Shown: one piece after another, positions 27,581 to 34,567 of the stretch
Position numbering within the stretch: position 1 is the stretch's first letter
Layout of the letters: each line of letters begins with the position of its first letter
NCBI GenBank assembly: GCA_031406795.1
Contig: JANOHV010000027.1
Location: 1-34,567 of the forward strand
Direction: 5' to 3'
Length of the DNA stretch: 34,567 bases
Origin: Candidatus Rokuibacteriota bacterium
GTDB lineage: Bacteria > JAUVQV01 > DATDCY01
Notes under the pieces: generated by a model
What the model was told of the DNA's origin: nothing
The model's input: only the letters and a program-made list of their open reading frames with translations
Databases searched by the model: none
Translations under genes and position numbers: made by a program

Positions 27581-28771
27581 TCAGCGGCCACGATACGTGA
27601 TGCGGTAGATGGCGTCGGCACGATCGTCGGAGACGAGCAGCGCGCCGTCCGGCATGACCAGGATGTCCACCGGGCGTCCGAAGGCCTCGACGCCCTGGAG
27701 CCAGCCCTCGGCGAAGACCTCGACTGCGGCGGCGCGGCCGCCTTCCATCCGGACGCGCACGAGGCGGTAACCGTCGGGCGTGCTGCGGTTCCAGGAGCCG
27801 TGCTCGGCGATGAAGATCGACCCGCGATAGTCCGCCGGGAACATCGCTCCCGCGTAGAATCGCATGCCCAGAGCGGCCACGTGCGCGCCGAGCTTCGCCT
27901 GCGGGGGGACGAAGTCCGCGCAGGGGCGCAGCTTGCCGAACTCCGGGTCGGGGATGTCTCCGGCGTGGCAGTAGGGGTAACCGAAGTGCAGCCCCGCGGT
28001 CGGCGCCTGGTTCAGCTCGTCGGAGGGCTGGTCGTCCCCCAGCCAGTCCCGGCCGTTGTCGGTGAACCAGAGCGCTCCGGTGCCCGGCTCCCAGTCGAAG
28101 CCGACGCTGTTGCGAACCCCGCTGGCGAAGACCTCCACCCCCGAGCCGTCGGGGCGCAGGCGCATGATGCTCGCGAAGCGCGGATCCTGCTCCAGGCAGT
28201 TGTTGCAGGGGGCGCCGACCGGCACATAGAGCAGACCGTCGGGGCCGAAGCGAATGAACTTCCACCCGTGGTGTTCCTTGTCCGGGAAAGTGGCGTTGAC
28301 CACCGCCGGCTGCGGGGGAGCGGCGAGCCGCCCCTCGATACCGTCGAAGCGGATCACCCGGCTGATCTCCGCGACATAGAGCGCGCCGTCGCGAAACGCC
28401 ACGCCGTTGGGCATCTGGAGCCCGGAAGCGATGGTCAGCACCTTCTCGGCGCGGCTCCCGTCCGGCGCCGGGACCAGGGCGTAGACCTTCCCTTCTGCGC
28501 GCGTCCCGACGAAGACCGTGCCCTTCTCGCCGAGCGCGAGCGAGCGGGCACCCGCGACCCCCTTCGCGAAGAGGGAGATCGCAAAGCCGGGCGGCAGCTT
28601 GATCGATCCGAGCGGGATCTCGGCGCGGCAGCCTTTCGGCGCCAGAAAGACCCCGCAGGCCGCGGTGGAGAGCAGCAGGGCAGCCGCGCAGGAGAGCGCC
28701 GGACCGCGACCGCGCGTGCGGGAGTCGACGGTCACCGATGAGATCGGCGAGGAGCGATGCTTGCCCATCAT
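27581..28771 (-). CDS. PQQ-dependent sugar (sorbosone) dehydrogenase family beta-propeller
   Basis: LPPGFAISLFA, HHGWKFIRFGPDG, GAPCNNC, GVRNSVGFDW, EHGSWNR, GRPVD. ATG 28771 follows GGAGG. Confidence 0.88.
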   Translation of the reverse strand: MMGKHRSSPISSVTVDSRTRGRGPALSCAAALLLSTAACGVFLAPKGCRAEIPLGSIKLPPGFAISLFAKGVAGARSLALGEKGTVFVGTRAEGKVYALVPAPDGSRAEKVLTIASGLQMPNGVAFRDGALYVAEISRVIRFDGIEGRLAAPPQPAVVNATFPDKEHHGWKFIRFGPDGLLYVPVGAPCNNCLEQDPRFASIMRLRPDGSGVEVFASGVRNSVGFDWEPGTGALWFTDNGRDWLGDDQPSDELNQAPTAGLHFGYPYCHAGDIPDPEFGKLRPCADFVPPQAKLGAHVAALGMRFYAGAMFPADYRGSIFIAEHGSWNRSTPDGYRLVRVRMEGGRAAAVEVFAEGWLQGVEAFGRPVDILVMPDGALLVSDDRADAIYRITYRGR

Positions 28772-28873
28772 GACGTCCTCCATGGTTCTGCTCGATTGCG
28801 AGAACTCGACAGCCACTTCGTTTGACCAAAGCTCCGGCCCTGAAGTCGCGGATTTCAGGCCGGAACGCGCCGG

Positions 28874-29436
28874 CTAGGTTCGGAACTGCGAGAGTGTTTC
28901 CCGGAGGCGCCCCGAAAGCGAACTGAAGCCATCCACGATCCGTCGCATCCGCGAGGCAATTTCGAGGGTCTCGCGGGTCGACGCGCTGATCCGGGTGGTT
29001 TCCTCCATGACGCCTTGCGCCACCCGCGTGCCCTCCCGGGTGGCATCTTGGTCGCCCGTCTCACTTGGGCGGCGAGAGAGCGCATCTGCTCGACCGCGTT
29101 GAGGATCGTCGCGCTTCCCCTGGCCTGTTCGGCGCGGGCGGCCGTCCGCGCGTGTGTCTCCAGCAGGACGGCCGCGGCCTCCCCCTCCGCGACGAGGCTT
29201 TCGATCGCGTCGAGGTCACGCGCGCGCACGAGGCGCAGCGTGAAGTCCTGGAACTTCGCGGCCTGTTCGGCGAGTGTCAGCGCGGATTCGGCCTGGGCGC
29301 GAGTGAGCGCGACCACCTCCTTCGAGGTATTGGTCGACTGCCGGATCAGCAGGGAGAGCCCGAGCACGGCGGCGGTCGTCGCGAGAAGCGACGCCCCGAT
29401 CACGAGTCCGATCTTGAGGCGAATGGTTGTTTTCAA
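28874..29436 (-). pseudogene. Methyl-accepting chemotaxis protein remnant (internal deletion plus frameshift)
   Basis: N-terminal TM joined near 29160 to MCP-like AEQARGSATILNAVEQMR; after about 29050 a second frame gives ...IVDGFSSLSGRLRETLSQFRT-TAG. Confidence 0.7.
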
Positions 29437-29469
29437 ACTCGTTTCCCGACCTGCGTCAGTTCCGCGCGT

Positions 29470-30012
29470 CTACTTCAGCTTCGAAACGGCGAACCCGATC
29501 ACGATCGAGCCGATCGCCCTGCTCCCGTCCATGACGGGCAAGCCGATCTGGATCTGCTCGACGCCCGAAGAGGCATCGACCTCGGGCTGGCCGACCCAGG
29601 TCTTGCCCTGCATCCGCACGTCATGCTTCTCCTTGCCCTTGTGCGACCAGCTCGTCGTCTTGCCGAAGAGCGCGACCTTGGTGCCGTCGGCGCCGGAGAC
29701 GAAGACCTCCGCCCAGGACTCCTCGCCTTTGCTCTTCAGGTACTCCGCCAGCGCGTTCTTGCTCAGCCCGCGGACGAAGGGATCGAGCACCGGCAGAGCT
29801 TTCCACTTCTCCTGGGTCATCGCCTTGGATTCGGCCGGGGGGGTCGCGTTGTGCTCCTTCACGGCGGCAACCAGCTTTGCATCAGTGCTCACTCACGCCA
29901 GCTGCCTGGCCTTTGCCGCGGCCAGCGCCACCGCGTCGGCCGCGACAGCGGAGCTGGCCAGACCGGACATCGACAACGCGCACAGTGCCAGACAAATGCC
30001 GAATCGCTTCAT
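29470..30012 (-). pseudogene. Periplasmic Cache/PDC-like protein with in-frame TGA at 29893-29895
   Basis: RBS AAGGAGG and ATG 30012; signal peptide MKRFGICLALCAL... in frame through one TGA into VSTDAKLVAAVK...EVFVSGADG...IQIGLPVMDG. Confidence 0.75.
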
Positions 30013-30218
30013 CTCCACCCCTCCTTCGTCCCTCGTTCCCGGCTCGAGCACGAAACGCTTTCTCCCGAGCCGGTCCGTCGTCGGACCTAGTTTCCGTCAA
30101 TAATTGCGCTTGTCAACTGCGTCGACGAACGTGCTGGCTCGGCGTTGCCGGTCAAGCTCAGGGGGGCCCTGTGGTATTCTGGCACGCGAGAGGGGAATTG
30201 CCACCGGGGACCGCGACC

Positions 30219-31928
30219 GTGAAGAACCCGCCTCACGACGATCCAATGACCGGGGTCCTGGCTCGATTCCGCGACCAGGAGAAGCCGGCGTTCGCCGACG
30301 CGTGGGTCGGCATGGAGCCGACTTTTCAGACGGCGAAATCGGTCGGCAAGTGGACCGCGATGTCCTCCGATGCGAAGGGCGAGGACGCGTACTTCAAGAG
30401 CGCCTACCTGCTCAAGACGCAGCGGAAGATCGCCCGGACGATCCGCAGGCGCTACGAGGCACAGCTCAGGAAGGGCCGTTCGCACTGCATGTTCGCGCGC
30501 GTCGAACTCGCCGGGGATCTCGACCCATGGAAGGTGCCGCGGCAGAACGTGAACTTCCACTGGGCGGGCGACGACCTGGAGCCGTTTCAGGTACGAATCG
30601 GGCTCGACCCGGAGACCTTCGAATACAGCATCAAACCGGTGCCGCTCGGCTGGTTCTACGATGAGCGATTCGTGGCGTTCCTCCAGGAGTTCGTGTGGAA
30701 GACACCTCTGGATCTCGGACTCTCGTGCAGCATCGCGCACGGCGGCGGGCAGTTCTCGCTCTCCGCAAAAACCTTTCTGCAGGGGAGTCTGCTGGCCGAC
30801 GACATCGCCTACCGGCTCAGTCACCCGGAGCTGGCCACGTGGATCATGGACTGGCCCAACCCGGACGACCGCCCATTTCGCGCGACTCATCGGCGCCGGG
30901 AGGCGTTTCGACGGGTCCTGAAGCAATATTGGAGCGGTGCTTTTCATCCGCGGACCATCGGCGTTCTGACGGCCGAACACGCTTTTCTCGATCGCGGCTT
31001 CGGTCCCGGTTTGCCCCACGCCCGCGGGTTGATGGATCCGCGCCGCGGGCCAACCGGCAGCGCGCGCGACGTGTTTCAGACCAATTTCGCCTTCGGCCGG
31101 ACCATCCGGCTGCAAGCGCAGAACGTGCATCCCGGCTACTGGCAATCCGTCCATCCGGACGAAAAGGGCTACCGCCCCGACCAGATCATGCGCTACAGCG
31201 AAGCCAACATCAATCGCCTCCAGATTGTCGGGGAGCTGCACGTCAAGAGCGGCGAGGTGCTGGATGCGAAACGGGTCCCCGAGTTCGACGCGCCGCTGCA
31301 GATCGGCATGCTGACAACCGAGTCGAGCTGGGAGAATCGCGCTCAGATGAGCCGCACGTCCGCCCGCGATTATGTCGAGGCTTTGCTGCTTGCGGTGCAT
31401 CACGCGCAGTACCTGCAGAAGCATCCACACGTGACCGTCATCGGTTCGCTCCATCAGGATCAACTCCTGGGCGACGCGGAACACACGCTGACGCGCCGCG
31501 GCGCCGCGACGACGCTCGCCCGCCTGCGCCGGCGAGCCAGGAAGCTGAACAGCGAGTCCTCCCGCGGCCGGATCAAGAGCGACTGGATCGAGCCCGAAAC
31601 CTTATTCTGGGCGGCGTGGCGGGCGCTGCGCGCCGGAGAAAAGGCGGCCATCGCACACGAGGCGATCAGCGGTTTCCTGGAACATGTGGGGCAGGCCGCT
31701 GCCATGGATCCGCGGCCCGCGGCGGCTGACCCGATGGAGTGGCACCGTCACCGGATCCATCCGTTGCTATGGGAAGCCCTGGGCACCTCGTCGGGCCAAA
31801 GCGCAGCGCACGGCCCGGTACGCAAGGAACTCAGGAGGTGGCAGGCACGCCGCAGCGCGTATCTGGCGCGCCGGCCGCCATGGTCGCCGGTCGCGGGCTC
31901 GAGACCGCCGTGGCAGACGCGATCGTGA
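30219..31928 (+). CDS. Hypothetical protein resembling COOH-NH2 ligases (DUF2126 amidoligase / glutamate-cysteine ligase fold)
   Basis: Long coding-like ORF (GTG 30219 or ATG 30246). Ordered motifs VGMEPTF, DPETFEYSIKP, HGGGQFSLS and SHPEL recall DUF2126 GGEPTF, DPGVIEVNIHP, GGGNHV and HPSL. Confidence 0.6.
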   Translation: MKNPPHDDPMTGVLARFRDQEKPAFADAWVGMEPTFQTAKSVGKWTAMSSDAKGEDAYFKSAYLLKTQRKIARTIRRRYEAQLRKGRSHCMFARVELAGDLDPWKVPRQNVNFHWAGDDLEPFQVRIGLDPETFEYSIKPVPLGWFYDERFVAFLQEFVWKTPLDLGLSCSIAHGGGQFSLSAKTFLQGSLLADDIAYRLSHPELATWIMDWPNPDDRPFRATHRRREAFRRVLKQYWSGAFHPRTIGVLTAEHAFLDRGFGPGLPHARGLMDPRRGPTGSARDVFQTNFAFGRTIRLQAQNVHPGYWQSVHPDEKGYRPDQIMRYSEANINRLQIVGELHVKSGEVLDAKRVPEFDAPLQIGMLTTESSWENRAQMSRTSARDYVEALLLAVHHAQYLQKHPHVTVIGSLHQDQLLGDAEHTLTRRGAATTLARLRRRARKLNSESSRGRIKSDWIEPETLFWAAWRALRAGEKAAIAHEAISGFLEHVGQAAAMDPRPAAADPMEWHRHRIHPLLWEALGTSSGQSAAHGPVRKELRRWQARRSAYLARRPPWSPVAGSRPPWQTRS

Positions 31929-32947
31929 CCGAACCGGACTTTCACGAAACCCGCTCGCGATCGAAGCCGATCCGCGATCTCGGTTTGTCCATCGCCGGCA
32001 CGCAGCTCGAACCCCTCATCGCCGAACTCCTGGCCGAGGTGAAACGCGCGGGCGTGCGCCTTCTGAAGCCCCGCTTCTATCTCTCGACCGAGTGGGGCGT
32101 GGCGACCGACACGATTGCCATCGCCATCCCGTTCTATCTTGCCGATCCGGAACTCACCGCCCTGCACGGCGAGCGCGCGGGCTACGTGGAAGGTCACCGT
32201 GTCGGCGATGTTCTCCAGTACCTTCGTCACGAGATGGGGCACGCCGTGAATAACGCGTATCGCCTGTACGAAGATCCGGAGTGGGTGCGCCGCTTCGGCT
32301 CCTTCACGCAGCCGTACGTCGAGGACTACCGGCCGCAGCCGTTCAGCCGACGCTACGTCCGGCATCTGCCGGGCTGGTACGCGCAGATGCATCCCGAGGA
32401 AGACTGGGCCGAGACTTTCGCCGTGTGGCTCACCCCGGGGCGCGATTGGCGCTCGGAATACGCGGGCTGGCCCGAGGCGCTGGGGAAGATCGAATACTGC
32501 GACCGCGTCCTGGGGCAGCTCGGCGATCGCGAACCGCTCGTCCGTGCGGATGACCCGGATGTCGATGTCTCCGAGATCGAGGAGTCTCTCGATCAGTTCT
32601 ACGGCGAGCAATCACCAGACGAAACCGAGTTCGCGCCGGAGTTGGCCGACGAGCTGCGGGCGATCTTCGAGGATCCCGCCGCGCCCGCAGCGGCGCCTGT
32701 CTCACCGGACAGGTCGGCCGCAGCGCTCATTCGCCGCCACGAGAGTGCTCTGGTGGCTGACATCTACCGGTGGACCGGACACTTTCCCGAATATTCGCGG
32801 CTACTGCTGCGACATCTGGCCAAACGCGCCGATCAGCTGCAGCTGCAATACGCCGAGGAGTCCGAATCCCGGGTCGTCATCGCGCTCACGACGCTCGTCA
32901 CCGCGCTTGCCATGAACCACGTCCGCACCGGCGCGTATTTTCCCTGA
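31925..32947 (+). CDS. Putative zinc-binding metallopeptidase (Peptidase_Mx/Mx1-like)
   Basis: LRHEMGHA (HExxH) and YAQMHPEEDWAETFAVWL; GTGA overlap with the upstream gene. Confidence 0.85.
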   Translation: MTEPDFHETRSRSKPIRDLGLSIAGTQLEPLIAELLAEVKRAGVRLLKPRFYLSTEWGVATDTIAIAIPFYLADPELTALHGERAGYVEGHRVGDVLQYLRHEMGHAVNNAYRLYEDPEWVRRFGSFTQPYVEDYRPQPFSRRYVRHLPGWYAQMHPEEDWAETFAVWLTPGRDWRSEYAGWPEALGKIEYCDRVLGQLGDREPLVRADDPDVDVSEIEESLDQFYGEQSPDETEFAPELADELRAIFEDPAAPAAAPVSPDRSAAALIRRHESALVADIYRWTGHFPEYSRLLLRHLAKRADQLQLQYAEESESRVVIALTTLVTALAMNHVRTGAYFP

Positions 32948-33054
32948 GGCGGCCCGCCAGGCCGCGGTTCGGCACCAGACCCCAGCTGACGTGCCGCCTT
33001 CGAGCAGTCTATCTTCTCGCCATGCGTGTCGTGCGTCGGCACTTCTCTGAGGCG

Positions 33055-33288
33055 TTACCCGGAGGCCTGATCCCCAGCGACGGCAACCTTTTCCGGTCGC
33101 CTGCCGAAAATCTGCAACACGAGCGGAACCGTCGTCGCCGCGCCAACCAGGAAGAGCGCCCAGCCGGCGGCCCGGCGCTGCTTCCGCCCCATCCGATCGG
33201 TGAGTAGCAGGCCAACCCCGGCGCCGAGGGCGGCCCGGGTACCGGCAACGAGCATTAACTCGGGAATGGTCAACTGCTTTTCTTTCAT
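33055..33288 (-). CDS. Small two-TM hypothetical protein
   Basis: Purine-rich RBS (AAGGGGGGAG); GTRAALGAGVGLLL and AAGWALFLVGAATTVPL. Confidence 0.7.
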   Translation of the reverse strand: MKEKQLTIPELMLVAGTRAALGAGVGLLLTDRMGRKQRRAAGWALFLVGAATTVPLVLQIFGRRPEKVAVAGDQASG

Positions 33289-33451
33289 GCTCCCCCCTTC
33301 GCTGTCAATGTCTTCCCCGTCCTCTCACGAGAAACTCCTGGCCGGCTCGGGGCCGGTTGCCGTTGATGCTGGAATCCCATTGGATGCCAATGGCGCTCCG
33401 ACACTCCTGCTTGCGAAGGTACTACATTTCCACAGCACGTCAACAAGTGGC

Positions 33452-33478
33452 CGTCACATTTGACGGTTCTGTCAAATG
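33452..33478. promoter_or_regulatory. Palindromic upstream activator sequence candidate
   Basis: CATTTGAC-6-GTCAAATG (33457-33478) overlapping CGTCA-4-TGACG (33452-33465), about 105-130 bp upstream of a sigma54 site. Confidence 0.6.
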
Positions 33479-33542
33479 CGATAGCCAGCCTTCGAGGGCT
33501 TCCCCTTCGCCTTTGTCCACCTCACTCCAGATTACTCTGAAG

Positions 33543-33555
33543 TATCAATGACTTG
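33543..33555 (+). promoter_or_regulatory. IHF binding site
   Basis: TATCAATGACTTG is an exact match to WATCAANNNNTTR, located between the UAS and the promoter. Confidence 0.65.
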
Positions 33556-33581
33556 CTCTCGAAGAGCTTGAAGTTCGCCCC

Positions 33582-33597
33582 TGGCATGCTTAGTGCA
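33582..33597 (+). promoter_or_regulatory. Sigma54 -24/-12 promoter
   Basis: TGGCATGCTTAGTGCA: GG-N10-GC spacing with the TGGCA and TGCA elements. Confidence 0.75.
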
Positions 33598-33683
33598 ATA
33601 CCCCTGGTCAGTAACTGATAGGGGCAGGCCATTAGGCTTGCAACTAAATGAGTTTCACCGATCTGGAACAGGAGGAACCGAAC

Positions 33684-34490
33684 ATGAACAAGACACTTGG
33701 TACCACGATGGGGTTCATGGCATTGGCACTGACCGCTTTCTTGGCCGGATGCGGCAATGGCGATGGGGGCTTCACCGGCTCAACCGCTTTTGACGACGAC
33801 AAAAGCATTGGCAGAGGAGGTAAGCGCTCCGCACCGGTGAATCTCGGCACGTCCGGCAATTTTGCGATTCTGGCGAAATCAGGAATCTCGACCGTTCCGA
33901 ACTCCGCAGTGACCGGCGATATCGGCGTGAGTCCCATTGCCCGCGGCGGCATCACGGGATTCTCGGAAACAATGGATGTCTCGAATACCTTTTCGACCTC
34001 GCGTCAGGTTACCGGGAAAATATACGCAGCCGACTATACGTCGCCAACCCCCGCTAGACTGGGCGCGGCTGTGCTCGATATGCAGGCCGCGTACACCAAC
34101 GCTGCCGGACGAGCACCCGATTTCACTGAACTGGGCGCCGGAAATATCGGCGGGATGACTCTTCGTCCCGGCACCTATAAGTGGGGCACCAGTCTGCTGA
34201 TCCCGACGAATGTCACGCTCGCAGGCAGCTCGACTGATGTCTGGATCTTCCAGATTGCGGGCGGTATCACCCAGGCTTCCGGTGTGAAGGTGATCCTGAC
34301 CGGTGGTGCAAGGGCCAAGAATATCTTCTGGCAGGTCGCCGGTGTTGTGGCGCTGAACACGACCGCTCACCTGGAAGGAATCGTACTGTCGAAGACCGCA
34401 ATCACCCTGGCGACTGGTGCGACCGTGAACGGCAGACTGTTGGCGCAGACCGCGGTGACCCTGCAAAAGAATGTGGTTAGACAGCCGTAA
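33684..34490 (+). CDS. Ice-binding family (DUF3494) lipoprotein
   Basis: RBS AGGAGG; lipobox LAGC; VNLGTSGNFAILAKSGIS, GDIGVSP, DMQAAYTNAAGR, PGTYKW, WIFQI, NIFWQVAG, GRLLAQTAVTL. Confidence 0.95.
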   Translation: MNKTLGTTMGFMALALTAFLAGCGNGDGGFTGSTAFDDDKSIGRGGKRSAPVNLGTSGNFAILAKSGISTVPNSAVTGDIGVSPIARGGITGFSETMDVSNTFSTSRQVTGKIYAADYTSPTPARLGAAVLDMQAAYTNAAGRAPDFTELGAGNIGGMTLRPGTYKWGTSLLIPTNVTLAGSSTDVWIFQIAGGITQASGVKVILTGGARAKNIFWQVAGVVALNTTAHLEGIVLSKTAITLATGATVNGRLLAQTAVTLQKNVVRQP

Positions 34491-34567
34491 GGACTGAGAC
34501 AGAAAGGGTCCAGCAGAGACAGCAACTGACCGCCTGGTTTGATCGCCTACGCGGCGGGGTTCCCGGA

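Noticed and set aside
29893-29895. Second selenocysteine codon
   Set aside because: The TGA lies just after the signal peptide with no redox-motif context and no convincing SECIS, and the adjacent MCP is also broken, so nonsense mutation is more likely.

Overview
GC-rich bacterial window with about 30 genes; gene content looks deltaproteobacteria-like, but taxonomy cannot be fixed from sequence alone. It opens with a polysaccharide block (GT4, DegT-type aminotransferase, NAD epimerase, flippase-like protein) and a His-rich Tat lipoprotein. Next come a rhodanese selenoprotein (in-frame UGA plus SECIS-like hairpin, cut short in the ORF track), a GH15, an internally deleted methyltransferase and a PLP aminotransferase. 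A 7-gene copper/heme maturation-like operon (FixH/YtkA-SCO, cytochrome c-binding protein fusion, NosL, ABC exporter) follows with no nosZ in view. Then a DUF2723 (TMEM260-like) GT-C glycosyltransferase is sandwiched between two paralogous Gly-Ser/Thr-tailed lipoproteins. The rest: an acetyl-CoA hydrolase-GNAT fusion, a KimA-like APC transporter with a short KdpD and KdpE (MITE-like element between), a sugar dehydrogenase, a decaying Cache/MCP pair, an unannotated COOH-NH2-ligase-like gene coupled to a Zn metallopeptidase, and a sigma54-driven DUF3494 ice-binding lipoprotein. The best candidates for an undescribed system are the ligase/peptidase pair (30219-32947) and the glycosyltransferase/acceptor cassette (16469-20489). 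Family assignments rest on motif recognition, not database searches.
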